A DNA stretch of 64,000 nucleotides, from contig CM102286.1 in the NCBI GenBank assembly GCA_046563655.1, forward strand, positions 744,001-808,000. The letters run 5' to 3'. Numbering within the stretch: position 1 is the stretch's first letter; each line of letters opens with the position of its first letter. Below the pieces are notes generated by a model. It was not told the origin of the DNA. It ran no database searches and worked only from the letters and a program-made list of their open reading frames with translations. This DNA is from Yuukianura sp. NJ FZ-2021. Its lineage: Eukaryota. This document shows positions 24,201 to 39,200 of the stretch, one piece after another. A program made the position numbers and the translations under genes.

Positions 24201-27200
24201 TGTGAATTCCTTGGAGCCATGTGAGCCCTCAATGTCAAAACAAGCGGCGGGTGTCCATTAAATACCGATTTTTAATTTTTAGTAAACGCCTGGCGTTTGT
24301 TAGAAGTTTTACGGTATTTGGAGTAATTTTGAACTTAAGAAAAAAAGATTGTCAAAGTACCCTCATCCTCCTTGGATTTTTCTGGAGCATTTTTTCGTTT
24401 GTACAGAAAGTAAGTGATAATAAAAATATTGAGAATGAGGAGCAGCGTTCCCACGATACTTGCTGACACGATCACCAACTTCGTCAAATCCGGTCTCCCT
24501 CCCCAGAATTTCGGATTTTCATGCCAATCTGTTGGAGTAATTATAAAATTTTAATAAAAGGGTTCTCACCTGAAGTGATTCTCTTCTTAGTTCGGCGTTT
24601 AATGAAGCAGGCAATGAGAAGAACGTTGATGAGAAGCATCGTTGCCCCAACCAGAATGAAGACGCTTATTACGAGGCGAGAGAAAGGATTAGGTGGAAAG
24701 TCGTCATTGGGATTAGTTGTGTAAGGGTTTGGTCCAAGACCTAACAGGCACCAACCACCACCACGAAAAGTTAAAAATTTCAGTTAGAAAAATTTTGAAA
24801 AAAAACTTCAATGAAAATGAAAACCCCAAAGTTAGAATTTTTAAAAAGGCAGAAACAGCAGGCTCGTCTAAAAGCAAAGTTTGAAAATAAGCACTAGAAG
24901 CACTAGAAATTTCCGGCAAGCATAAAACTAAAAAGGTAGAAAACTAAACTTAAAATTTTTGATTTTTCTGTCAAAATTAAAAAAAAAACTTACTTGTCGT
25001 GTCATATTGGACATCTTCAGTGGTATAATTGCTACTTCCGAGTTTGTTGACGCCCTTAATTCGAAAGCCATAGTGCTTTCCCCTGTTAAGTCCCGTGACC
25101 TCATAAGTTGTCACACCTTTGGGATGGACGTCGACGTACTTTCTAGGCTCTCCGCCAATTTCAAAGTACATTATGTTGTAGGTTTGCTCAAATCCGCCGT
25201 TGAAGCCCGGATCCCAAGTCAGCATAATTGAATTGTCAGTGGAATTAACCACTCTAAAACGAAGTGGCGTGTCAGGAACGGACGTCACGTCCAACTGGAC
25301 ATCATGTGAGTCCATGTCAATTTCATTTGAGCATATACAATTGTACAGGCCGTAGTCCTCCGTTTGAACCTCCCGCACCTCCAAAATGGACTCGAAGTTC
25401 ATCCGATCAATCTAAAGTGACAACATTTTCAAAATAAAACTTTCACTTCATTTTCACTCAACACTTTTTGCACAAAAAAAAAAACTTTTCTTTTTAACTT
25501 ACCATTCTTGTTTGAATGGAATATTTGGTGGACATTGTGGTGTTGATGGGAACTCCGTCTTTGCGACCCCACGAAAACGTGACATTCGGAGAAGCCTGTT
25601 TCAAAAAAGTACAAGAAAATGTTACTTTTTAGTTTTTGGTTGAAAAATTCACAACCAGAATTCTTTTTTGAAAACTATGTTTTCTTCACCGTACCTTGGC
25701 ACGACATATTAACTTGGCTGTAGCTCCCTTGTTGCTGGCCGCCTTGGCTATTTGTGGTGATTTATCAATGTCAGGTTTCTCTGTTTCACCAAAAACCACA
25801 AAAAGACATGTTCGAATTAAGCATATCTCGTGAACCAAAATCCACTGGAGGAACAGCATCTCCCTCCAGAGGACCACCATCATGTCAACGTTACCCCCCC
25901 CCCTCCAGGTCTACCTCCCCCCACCAGATCTAAGGGGGGGGGGGGGGTAAACCAGACTGTTAACGTTGGGCCATCAAGCATAGATTCGACGGTGGCCCTT
26001 TACACCCCTCCTTCCTTCCGTTTTCTTCCACTCCGTCACCTCATCAGTACTTAAGAACTTTGTTCCCAAGAAATGACAACGACTTTCACTGAAACTCTCT
26101 CCGTTTGAGAAAAAGTTACTGAGAGAGTAGCAGTTGGAGGAGGAGGAGGAGGAGGTGGAGGAGGAGGAGAGGACCATCGTATCATTTATTCATAACCAGA
26201 GACAATGACATTCCTTCCACTCCATTACGTTCACAATAAACTGGAAGCGAATTTAGAAGAGAAAAATATTCCATTTGACGGTCTATTCCTTAAGCTTCCT
26301 TTGGTCTCATAAGCTTCAAAAACTGTTCCAGCACACCCTACTAGATACTTCCAAGTATCCAGCATCCTCGTACTTTCAAGTACCCAGTATACTAGATACT
26401 TCCGACTATCAAGCATCCCAACTTGAAACTTTTCCTCAGACTATTTGTCTTTTCTAAAACAACGCTTCCAGTAATGCACAACGTTCAGTAGCCCTTTTAT
26501 ATTTATGGCAACAAAACTTTTCCATTTTCCGCTTCTCCTTTTTTTGAAAAAGAGAATTTTTTTTGAAAAAAGTAAACTTACGTTTGACAATGAGAAAGAT
26601 GGACTTGTTGACAGGGCTTCCGATGCCATTATTCACAAAACAGCTATACAATCCAGCATCCGTCACGTTGACATCCAAAATGGTCAAGTAGGCCTTCTTG
26701 TCCAGGAACTTCTTCTGCGTCGGTCGACTGATCTCAGCATCTCCATATTTCCACACAACCATAGACTCATCTAGCGGATTCGCATCAATTCCGCACTCCA
26801 GATGAGCATTTTCCGTCTGTCCAACCATTATTGAGTCAGCAGTGGTGAGAACCGTGGCAGGATCTACAAACAGAAAATCATCCAACAATTGTTTACTTGT
26901 GCCAACATCATTAAGCCACTGGAGGAAAGGAAGAAGATGATTTTGGTGGAGGAAGAACAGGTTCCATGAATCATTCTCCCTCCATCATCATCATCAGTCA
27001 ATAGGAGCAGGAGGGCAAAGGTCAATTAATTTAGTTCCTAGCAAAGGAGCTGATTTCAACCCCTGCGTTCTTACATTGGACGTCAATGTCAATTTGGAGT
27101 TTGGTGGTTCCCTCTGAATTGGTGGCTTCCACTTCGTACTTTCCCTTGTCCTTCCGGTTCACTTCGGTGAAATTTAATACAGGGCCGTCCACTCCCAGCC

Positions 27201-30200
27201 TCTTCGTCACTGACTTGACAACTGAGTTGTTGCGACTCCATTTGTACTTGATTTCATCTGGATTTCCCTTGGCCTTCACTCGCACTACAGTCCCCTCGCC
27301 CTCAACTACAGTCACTTTCTCTCCACCAGTCTCCACAAACTTCGGTTTATCTGAAAAAATCAAAAGATTCATCACAAACCATATTTTCTTTCACCTAACC
27401 CAATGTCATTAGCAGGGATGCCAAACATATTCAGTCCCCATGCCCGTAATATTAACAAAAAAATATTTGCGGGGATTTTGTTGCTAAATATTTATTTATG
27501 TGCGCTTAATGTGCAATAAGTAAATATTTTGGCGATTTATAAAAAAATATTTTTTGTCAATATTTCGGGGGTTTTTACCACATATTTTTGACAACCCTTT
27601 TAGCTGGATTAACTAAACGTTGGGAAAAAAAACTGCGCAATTGCAAATTGACGAAAAAAAGTGCAAATCAGCATGAAAATGTCAGTTAAAACTCATGTTC
27701 ATTAGCACATGGAATGGCATTTTAAGAACAGCACTTACAGCTCACGTCCAACTTGATGGAAGTGTGTAAGCTCTGTCTCACGGCCGAGTTTTTGGCTTCA
27801 CACATGTAAATGTCTCCGTCATGTTCAGAGGTCAAGTTAAGTTCAAGCGTGATTGTTGTTTTCATTCCGCCGTTTGTCGAGTTCTTCAAAGTTTGATTGA
27901 GTGGTCCAGATACAACTTGAGAGTTCTTGGTAAAAGAAACACGGGCGGGTGGATTGGATGACGAGGACTCACAAGTCAAGTACCCTCTTTGACCCGCCTT
28001 GAACTTTGTCGGTTTAGTTGAAATATTCACATAAGCAGGCGGAACTGGAATCAAAACCACACAAAACAGTTAATTACTCATTTCAAAAACACAAACTTTC
28101 TCCAAATTTCAAACCTCTCCAGTCAAAACTTTCCAACCTGAACAAATATGTCTCAAGTGCTTTCACCCCTCAACGTTTGAGAGGTGTCAGACATGCCCCA
28201 TATTCCAAAATATGCAGCGTCATAAAATAGTTGTTAGTCGTGTTCCTGCTGTCGGAGTTGCTTACTCTGCCAAGAACAAGTACAAGTTGTCATAAAAAGT
28301 TTAAAGTCACGGTGTAAGGTCACAGAGTTGGTTGGATGAAACGTAGTTAAAAACTTTGAGAAGACTTTCTCCATGGTTACAGAAGAATGACAGACATGGT
28401 TTGAGGTTCCTTTGAACAAAATGAAACGGAGGACACACGGCCATAAAGGCAGCTTCACCTTTAACCCTCCCGCCATTTCACTTTTCAGTTCACTCTCCAC
28501 CTCAATTCCATTTTCCAATTTACTTTTTTTTGCAAAAAGAAAAATTGCAAAAGTTCCTTCCGCACCACCACTTTTTCATCCATTGACAAAGGCCCGTTTC
28601 ACACATTTTATAGCTTTTCCGCAAACTACGGCACACGATGGTCGTAAGTACAAAAGGAATTGAGTCATCGCTTTCATTTCCACCTCAAATACTTTTTCAC
28701 ATGTCAAAAAGAATATAAAAATTTCAAAAAATGGAAATCCAACCTCATTTCTCGCTTCAAGTTCAAGTTCACAGAGGTCATGGGTTCACATAACTAAAAA
28801 GTTACGACTTCAAAAGTTTCTTTTCAAAATTTTGACTCACATAAGACGCCAAAAGTGACAGTTTCCGTGTAGCCTACGGCTATAGCCTTATTCTTGGCTT
28901 CACACTTGTACTCTACTCCGTTGTCCGTCATGTTCGCTACAAATTCCAGCGTCGCAGTGGCAGTTCCATCGCTGAGTGGTGGAGTGTTTGTGGTCGGGGC
29001 AATAAGGCTAGCCTAAAAATTCAAAACAAAAGTTTTAAAAACTTAAAAACTCTTCCATCCATGCATTCTACAGTTCATATGATGTTCACATTGGCTTGAG
29101 GACGGAGTGAAAGAAAAATGGAGAAAATAATTCAACCGAGTGGGATTCGAACCCAAGTCACTCAATCAAAGAGAAGCGCTAACCCCTGAGCTATCCTCCT
29201 CTTTTGCGATTGGCATGTGAAGTAATGCCAAACGCCATACTAAATTCAAAATGTTGTTCAAAAATGTAGTTTTTAGCTTACTGGGACTTTGACATTGCCC
29301 TTGTACCAGGTAAGAGTAGCCGTGGGGTAGCCCCCTGTCGAAGTACACGTCAGTCGTTGTGATTGACCTGCAGTGATGTTGGCCTGGGCGTTGTAGATGA
29401 TGGGATGACCTGGTGGTTCTGTTCATGTCAAACACAAAACGGATTAGTCACATTCAGTTAAGATAACTGTTTTCTGACATTGACAAGGCACAGGAAAACA
29501 ATAACTTACGAATGACATGAATGGTGTGAGTGGCAGACTTCGTATCGCCCGTCCCTCGATTGAGGACTTGACAAGTATAAGTCTCCTTGCGATCAGATGC
29601 TAGTACTCGGAAAGTGACATTGGAAGAGGCCGTGTGACCTCCGTCAGTGGACGGTGTCCAGGTCGTGGGACCAGCTTCTAAAGGAATGCCACCTTTGAAC
29701 CAGGCAATGTCCGCCTTGGGATTACTGTTCCCGCCCTGGCAGGTCAACGTGACAGTGTCACCCACTTTGGCTTCCTTCGGCCCACTCACCTTCACTTCCT
29801 TTGGAGAAACTACAAATAGAACATCAAAAGATCCAATTAGCTTTACACTTCAAATTACCACGAATTACAAGGTGCACAAACCTCCATCACTTGGGACAAC
29901 GTCAAAAACCTACTTTTCATTTCAAACCGCAAGTCAACCCTCTAATTAAATTTTGTTCTTTGCAATCACCAGGAGACTTTTATGCCCAACCGCCAATTCA
30001 TCACCATTTTGCACAAAATCGAAACCGAACTGTTCAATTGGTGGCCATTTTGCACAAAATCGGAACCAAACGACTCAAATCATCGTCATTTAAGAAAAAA
30101 ATCTTAACACGGGTTCATCCATTCAAGCGTTTTCGCTTTTTAACTTTTTCGACGAATTTCGAAGAAATTTGAAGGAAAAAAAAAGCTTATCCAATTCCTG

Positions 30201-33200
30201 CTTTTACTTTTACTTTCACTATTTTGAACTTCTCGGTCCAGCAAAATAAAAGATAAAAGTAATGTTAGAGTTGTGCACCTTACATTTTAGTCCTAAATGT
30301 GTCTAATGCTAAGACTCCGCCGACTTGTTCCAAACCACTAGCTTTTATTTCAACTGCCTCAGCCGTTTACTCGTAATTGTCGGAACGTAAGAGGAGCTCA
30401 CTATTCCTCAGACAAGACGGATTTCACGGATGAGTCCAAAACAGGTGCATCGTTTCCCTCCGCTTTTTAGCTAAAAATCGTCCATTTTGTTTATCAACTG
30501 ACTAAAAGTCCATGTTCTTCTCCCATAATCATAACATATAACCAGTACAACGGGACATTATCCATGTCTCATCCACACAAAAGATTCTTTACAACAAGTT
30601 ACTTTCTCCCCAGCATCCAGCATCAAATGCTGGTCCAGCATCAAATCCTCTCTTCCTGTTTCCATCTACAGAAACGGAAATGTTCTCCAGTCGACGGTTT
30701 TCTCACACTCAGGATTAGGTTTTTCATGAAACCAAAAAAAGTAGCCTATAAATAGGAATTTATAACCGTAAGTTAGACATTGAAGAAATGCTTCCTGATG
30801 ACTTCCAGACCCCCATTACTCCATTCAACTTAAATTTTTAAAAAAGCCCGCCAAAAACAATTCAACTTTTCATAAATGTAAGCCTCCGTTTCATTTTTTT
30901 TCCATCCATCCATTATTCACAGACGCCTCAGAGAAAGAAAAAACCGAAACGCTCGAATTCTGGCGCTCAAAAAAACGGCAACAACAACCAACCGCCGCCA
31001 CGTTTGAAATTTATGTCTCCCGCTCCTGTTCCCTGTCATCAGTTCCGCAAGTATCTTAGCCAAAAATTAGTATTCAACTGCAAATGGCACTTTCGAAGAG
31101 ATAAATTTTGAATTTTTGTTTTAGAAGTTCTAAACAGTGAGTCTCTGTGCTTTCCATTTTTTGAAGTGGCTTAAAAAGCAAACAACCTTAACAAATAGCA
31201 TGTGACAGGTTAAAACAAAAATTATGTTTTGCAAAAGTCAACCAAAACTAAATCAGAATGAACAGGAGCACAGCTTTTTACTTTTGTCTAAAAGTAAAGC
31301 CCGTTCTGCACGAAAAGTTTTCAAAATTTCTACAACTTTCACTTTTAATAGAAATATGAGCAGAGTCATTTGACAGGGAAATGAGCTGCAGAATATCATT
31401 TTGGGCAAAAATGAGAAAAAAAGAGAAAACCCGGGTTTTTTGGAGCCTAGAAAAGGAAAAAGTTGTTTCAACACTTTCTGTGCCACACATTTCTAAGAAT
31501 CACATTAGAAAAACATGAGTCGCCTATAAATAAAATCTGGGCGCTACTTTCTACTACTTTCAGTCCGCCTTTTTTTTACGAAAACGCACACAAAAGAATT
31601 TGCGAATCGTCAACAAGGCTTTGCCTCTCCAATATTTCATTGTACAATGCAGAGCGACGCCTTTCAGTGTTCAGTAAAAAAAATTCTTAAAAAAACTGAA
31701 TTTTTTTTAAGAATTTTTTTTCTTTTTTAGATTTTTCTTTTTCTCGTCGCTGCTGTGAATTGCCTTAACCAGCATCTTTTCAGCGCGAATTTTCTTGCAA
31801 AAACCGAAGGGCCTAATGGCCCTTTTTTTTTCAAGGGCCCCCAAACCTTCTGCCTTCAGCAGATCAACAATGTCATTTTTCTCTGCATTATTCAATTTTT
31901 GCCAAGGTTTAGGCACAATAAGGCTCCCAAATTTTCAAAAAATTCGCCTGTCACTACCAGATTTATCATTTTGCACAACTTTTTTCTCGGAAATTCATTT
32001 TAAACTCATACAAAACAAAAGCAGCAGCACAACTTTTCATGAAAAAAGCAATACCACGCTGCATAGTTTCTCTTTCGGTGTCACTTTTCCTCAGAAACAG
32101 CCGATTCAGCTGAATTCTAAAAAAAAGTAAACTTTTGCCAAAAAATTTTTCCTCACGTGTGAACTTCCTTTTGCGTGTCACATGGCCAAAACAGTGATAG
32201 ATTTTGGAGCATCGCCTCCGTCCAATCATTAAGCAATCATCATCAACTGTTCAGTGGAAAGTTTTAGCACTGTCGTGCTCAGATCATCAGCCTTTTCTCC
32301 AGTGAAAAGAGGTAATGAAAGGGAAGGAGAGAAAAGAAATTCTAAATGTTGAGCCCATCAGGCACCACAAAACCACAAAATGATGACAATACACAGACGA
32401 GGCGACGGAACAGCTCCCAATATCTTCTTCGTTCAAAACTTATCTTCCATCCGCCCAAAATGACACACCGAAAGTGACAGAGGAACATTAAGCCAATGTT
32501 TTCCCGCCCTTAACTTCTTTTTTAGTGCCAACTTAATTGTTTTCTCTAAAAACGAAACATTAGCCAAAAACCTAACACAAATCTTGGCTCATCTTATGGC
32601 TTCTCATTTATCCCGAAACAAAAGCCAAAGTGACAGTTAACAAGTCGCCTCAAATGTCTCTATCTCCAAACATAAAAAAAATTCAGAATGTCTGTCACAA
32701 CTGGACATTGTCATAAAAACGCACCAAAAAAATAAGTTAAATGAAAAGATCAAACTAGAAAAAAAATCAAATTCCACAAAAAAAAGTAAATGAAAAGCTA
32801 TTGTTTTTTTTTTCTCCGTTATTTCTTGTTTCGTAAAAATTGTAATAAATTATTGGCAAAACCGGAGGGAGTAACTAAGGATTGACTATCGTAGAATCAA
32901 TGGTTTTTCCTCCTGACACTCATAAGTCAGAAGAATGATGAATTCGTGTCTGTCAAATGAATTTCACATCTTTCCTCCCGGCCGGCTCATCCGTCTTGCT
33001 TATCATTTCCATTAGACAATGGAAAACCACTTCCCCCAACAAATTAATCAAAGATTCAAAAACGAACTTTTTTGAAAAAAAAAAATAGCACAACTGCCCC
33101 TTCAACTTTTCGTTTTTCTATATCTTTTGACCTTAAAGTTCACACGCATACTTAATATCAGACATCGTTATTTCCAAAACTGCCAACCGAATTCCTAGAA

Positions 33201-36200
33201 AGACGTCAGAGATTTGTAGATTTCTAAAGTTTTCGAACAAAACAAAGTGCAAAAATAAACATTCCAAGCAATCAATCATTCTTGTCAAAAGTTGATGTTT
33301 ACAAAACGTGTGCAATTTCCTGTCAAAAACACCAAATTCCAACAGTGACTACAAATTTCGCAAAATAATTTAGCTCACGCTCCAACTTTGAAAAATTGTT
33401 CGATTTGGAGCAATTCTGTTCTAGAATAGAGCAATTTGTGTTCAAATTGAGAACTTACAGTAAACTGTGAGTGTGACATCAGCAATCTTGGGTGTCGTTG
33501 TCATGCTATTGGCGGATTCACATCGATAGACAGCCATGTTGTCTCTCGTAGTGGCCGTAAATGTGTATTCATGACGAGCTTCTCTCAGAGTCGGTCTGTC
33601 GTCTTTCCTGTAGTACGGCATAACCTGGATGTCATTTCGAAACCAGGTCAGATCCGCCACTGGATTTCCACCTCGTGAGACGCAAATGAGCGTAACTGAT
33701 TTGTTTTCTCGGATTGCAACTCCTTCATGGTAGCCATCGATTCTAGGAGCCCCAGGGGGATCTACAAACACAATAGGAATCACACAATCCATTCAAATTC
33801 AACCCAAAACAACAAAACTAGATTCCAATTTCAGAAAATTCCAGGAAATTTAAATACTTACATTGAACACTAAACTGGAGAGAGACGCGCATGGGGCGCT
33901 CCAGAGCTGCATGTCTCCCTTCGCATGTAAAACGAGCTCGATCATCTTCCGCCGTCGGTAGAATCCTGATTTTGCTCTTCGTTGTATTTTTTCTAATTGA
34001 AATCCCATTCTCTACAACTTCAATTTCTTCATACGTGTCATCCCGACTGTCTATTGAATGAAAAAGAATAGAAATCAGTTAATGACAGAGAGTAACAGAG
34101 CGGAAAAAAATTTCTCAACTCCTCCCCGCCCATTTTTGACTCCCCGAAACGAAGTAGAAAAGAACTTTTGAAAGGAACGACTCAATTTGAAATGAGAAAA
34201 TGCAGTTCAAAAGTTCTGATAAAAGAATAATGAGTTCATTTAATTCCAAAAACGAACGAGAAAGGCTACGAAATTTCTCCACTTTCACTTCCTTCTGAAT
34301 TAAGAATTTGAAGGAAGCGGAGGTACAAAAGTAGCGACGGCGACAATCTTTCCCAAACTTTTCACTTGCTAGTGAACCTCTTAACTCCGAAAACGTTATT
34401 TAAAATCCAAAAATAAACTTTGAAAACATCTTATGTAAATCCTGTCAAATTTTAGTTCATAAAATTTTGGGAATTGCCTTTTTCATTATGTTTTGAGGCA
34501 AACCTAACATGTGAAGGTCCGACAGACAGACAAACGGACAAACCAAAATTACAAAGTAGGTTTGTTGGGAAAGTTTCAAAAAATACTGAATCCCTAATGC
34601 CCAAGCCTAGTCTTAAAGAACTTCGAAACTCAAATAACTCTTCATCTAACTCATCTCTTTTCTCTTCCAGCTTTGTGCTTTCCCAAAGGGAGATTCAATA
34701 CTTATTCATCTTTACCAACTCTTAGATTATGCATTTCAACTTTCTCTTTTATTAGCAAATTCTCCAAATTAGGTTCCTTTTTAGCCCAACTTCACTCCAG
34801 TTACTGCAGTTTAGCCTAACTAACACACTTTAACTATTTAAAGCTAAACTTCGCCATGTCTAAAAATAAAACAGTTTCCCAGGTTACAAATTCCTGCCAA
34901 AAGTAAAAGATTCTCGGTCGTTAGGGACATTGAAAATGATCGGCTCATAAATTCCATGATCCTCTGCCACCACCAATTCAGTCTCTTCCCCTTTGAAATG
35001 TTCTATTAGAAAAAGTAATAGATTCCAAATTGTAATATTCTTCCTTCCTGTCCTTGTGTCCACAGAGGAGAACGTAGTAGGCGTTGCTAGTCAACCGAAT
35101 CCCATATCATCTCTCCCCTTCACTTCAACTTTTCTTAGATATTCAGCAAAATCTTGTGAATTATTACAAGGCTCTTTCAAAGGAAAATCAACTAAAGAGC
35201 CTTCCTTCCTTCCCTTCAAAATCAAACTTCCACTTCATTCACTCCCGCTCAAATAACTCAAAATTTCTCCTTCCATGAATTCCACCTTCATCATTATCAG
35301 GCATGTCAGAAATATTTAGTTTCCATGCCTGAAATATTAATTAAAAATATTTGCGGGGTTTTTAAACCTAGATCTTTATCTATTTACACATGCCTTAAAT
35401 GTTAATTGGCTAAATATTTGGGCAATTTAAAAAAAAACATTTTTTTGTCAATATTTCGGGTATTTTTAGAACATATTTTTGACAACCCTGATCATTACCC
35501 CTGTTCTCCGAAAAAAAAAAACAGGAAAAGAGAAAGCAAAGAAGAAAGTTATTAAAAAAAATGTTTGAAAAATGAGACCGAAGTAATTTGCACTGGCGCT
35601 AAAATCAAGTCAAAGTTAAAAATTACTTTCTACTTTCACTTTTTTCTCCGCCAAAACTTTAATTAACGTTATTCCCTGTACAGTAAGTTTGTTTAGTATT
35701 TTTACCTGCTTTATACGGCGTGTCATTACGGAGCCATATGATGGTAGCAGCCGGTCGAGACTCCCGAACCACGCACTCCAGTTCCGTTTGATCCCGTTCC
35801 CTTAGTGTCAGGATTGCATCGGCCGCATGATTCAAAATTTGAATCGATGTAGGCGGAACTGCAAAAAAGTGTAAATAAAAATTAGTAATCAAAAACATAT
35901 GGAGCGAAAGAGCGTATTACACTAGGGAAGGGAGAGAAAGCTACTCTCACAGTAACCAAAAGTTGTAACTTTCTCCGCTGATATATCAGGACTACCTCTT
36001 TTTCCGTTTGTTAATTAGGAACGTGCGGCTTCCAAGTTTAAATTTTCAATTAATTTCTTGCATCCACTTTCCATTAAAACCTCTCTCTCCTGCTCTCTTG
36101 TGTTTACTTGTTGAAAAAGAAAAATTAGGAGTCCGTTTCCAATGTTTCGAGAGGAGAGAAAAGACTCTTTTGTCTCTAATTAGAATTAGACTCTCCGTTT

Positions 36201-39200
36201 AGCTTTCTCGGTCGAGAGAAATGGATCCGGCTGAATTGGAAACCGTAAACACCAGCAGTCGACCTCCTTCATAAACAAATGAGTGGAGGAGGAGGGAGGA
36301 GGGAGTAGTGGCTTATAAGCCTCCTCCTCCCTCCTCCGGAGGAAAACAAAAGTGAAAGTTGCCGAGACTGGCTGCTATAGAGAAAGGAGGACAAAGAAGA
36401 AATTAGGCGTCGGAGAAAGTTGTGAGGTTCCAAAACAAGGTTTGAAATTAAATAGAAAAAGTAAATGGGGGGAAGGAGAAAGAGCTAAGGCCAGAGTTGA
36501 GTGTTATTAAGAAATCACTACTCTGCTTTTCCCTCTACTTTTCCAAAATTCTACTACTTTTCCAAATTTCTGCTTTTCTACAAAATTTTGAACAAAACGG
36601 AGCATTGTACTCCGTCGTCTAAACTTTCCGGCGTGAAGAGCCACTCTGGCGGCGTCACTGTCAAATTCATTTAGCCCCCTACTTTCTCCTCCTTTCTCTT
36701 AGCCTAATGACTACCAGAGTCTAATTAATAAAATGAAAAGGAAGACTGGGGAGTTATTGTTAACACAGAAACTGGAATTTATAGTTTTAAACTTTCCCCT
36801 TTCTCTCAAAAAACCAATGGATTTGGCACAATCAACTCTAATCTTAAACACTTCAGAGGCAAGATGGAGCACAGAAAATTTCAAACTCCAAAATCTCATC
36901 TTCTTCTCTCACTCAAAATTTTCCCTCATCTTTCTTCTTTTGCCGAAATTCACTTTTTTCTGTGTCTCTCCAAAATGAATGTTTAACGACCCAAAAAATT
37001 CGAAATAAAAGAAAAAGACATGAATTAAGTTTTCCGTCTTGAAGCCTTTTGAACTTTAGCCGCCTAATTTTTCTTGCTCTCCAAAATTCAAAAGTCAAAC
37101 AACTCAAATCTCCGCCTTTCTGACTTCTTCATCATCCCCACTGCAAAATTTAGTTTTTTCTCTTTTTTTTTTTCAATTTTACTCAAGTGGTTGTAATTAA
37201 TAAAAAGTGAGTCAAAATCCCTATCCATGAAGATTGTTTCTGAGATGAAATCTGCTGAAACTCGTGTTTGCGCCCGTGAAAAGTAAACCGCCTCCAGGCA
37301 AAGTTTACTCTCACCAGGGACAAGGTTCTACGCATAACCTGGTAAAAAGATTCAAAAAAATATGTTTTCACTTTCACCGTTAGGACTTCCTGTGTTCTGT
37401 GTGTGTTAAGAAGTGGAACGAAGGCCTTTGACCTATTGCCGCCTTGAGCTTCCGGCTATTTTGTAACAGTGAGCCATTTTAGCATTTCAATAGAAACCCC
37501 GCTTTCTCTTTCTTTTCCACTCCAAAAAGTGAAAAAGTGAAAGCAAGAAACAACATCAAGGAAATGTCGGAAGTCGACCAGTTGAACACCAAATCCCAAA
37601 ATTTGTCCATTTCATGAAAAAAAAATTCACTAAAAGCTAAATTTGAGCCTAAAAACTTTCTAGAATTACTCCGAAAAATTATTTTTGAACTCCCGGCTTC
37701 TTTTTGAATCAAAATGAGAGACAAGTTGATTTGAGAGCTTAACCCGTCGGAGACTTAAAACCGCAGTTTTCTGAGAACTCATCAAAGCAAAACCCCGGGA
37801 TGACATCCTTTTGTTTTCCAAATCCTACTCTACTGCCATCCAAGTTTGTGGCTCTCCGTCTCCACGTACAGAACAAACTACACGACCAAATCCAACTTTC
37901 ACTCTACCAAAAACTCTAATTTAAATCTCAAAATCCTCCTTTTCACAACAATTTCACTTGATCAAAATGACAGAAAATCAATCCACAAAATATAAATCAA
38001 ACGGACAACTATCAAAGAGAACCCGCACACAGTTTAGCATTAACAAAGCACAGCAGTAAGTAACTGGCAGCTCCACTTTCTCCAAATCTTCTGCAACATC
38101 ATTTAGAAACAACATGGGGCACATGTGTACACAGCAACCAGTAATTACTCTTCTGAAACCTTCCAAGAAAATTACAAAATCCTCCAAAATTCAACTCTTT
38201 TCAAATTCAAAAGTTTGCAACTTTCCCCCTCACCGCGAAAATTTCTACCAACTTCTCAAACTCCACGAAAAATTTGCACAAACACAAAACTCGGCAGGTA
38301 CTAACTGATTTTCCAATTTGAATTTGTGAAATTCACAGATTTTTTTTTACGGTTTGATTTAAATGAAGATGTCCTGAAGTTAACAAAACCTTTAACACTG
38401 ACGAAACCATTGACGTCGAATCTCTTCCTCTGTCACTCTGGATATTTTCCGTTTCGTAAAATTCCATTAGATTTGGAATTTTGGAGGGAGATTCAAAATT
38501 GAATAAACTTTCTACTTCCGTCTCCATCCCAAATCCCAAAGTTATCTGCCTCTCGTGACCTACTTTTAGTCTCCTTTGAGTTTGAGATCGGAAACTCTTG
38601 TCACCCAGACTCCCTCCTGCTGCCAAATGAATACATTCACCCATCCTCTAATCCACTTTCACTTCCAATCTCACACTCCGATTCAAATCCACACAAACTT
38701 TCACTCATTTTCCACCATCCACCTTCCTCTCGTCCACAATTATTGTTTACTCCTCCTTCCGCTAACTCAAATCCACACAATCTCTAAATTTTGCATCCCA
38801 TTTTCCATATCCACTCGAACAAAACACACGGTTTAGCCTGGCGTGACCAAAATTTCAAAATTTATCCCCGGGCCTTTTCCGGTCTTTCTAAAATTATCTA
38901 CAAAGGGTAAACTCTACTCAAAATATTGATCTCAATTTCACTTTTCACCAATCTATAGCACTACTAGTTAACATAACTGAGAACTTTTCAAAATTTCAAT
39001 TTATTTTATCTTTTTGGTTACTTGAACTTTTGAAAATTCAAATTCCATAGTTCCAAGTTTACTTTGAATTAAGTTATTGTTTTCCACAAAAGTTTGTTGT
39101 TTACAACTTCTTTTATTTACACAATCAACTTTTCATCTTGTCACATGACACTTGACACACAACATGGAGAAAGCGCGGGAAAAAGAAGTGGGAGAAACAC

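Noticed and set aside
26320..26420. Degenerate ~26-bp tandem repeat (GATACTTCCAAGTATCCAGCATC-like)
   Set aside because: Too degenerate to define boundaries or assign a family.
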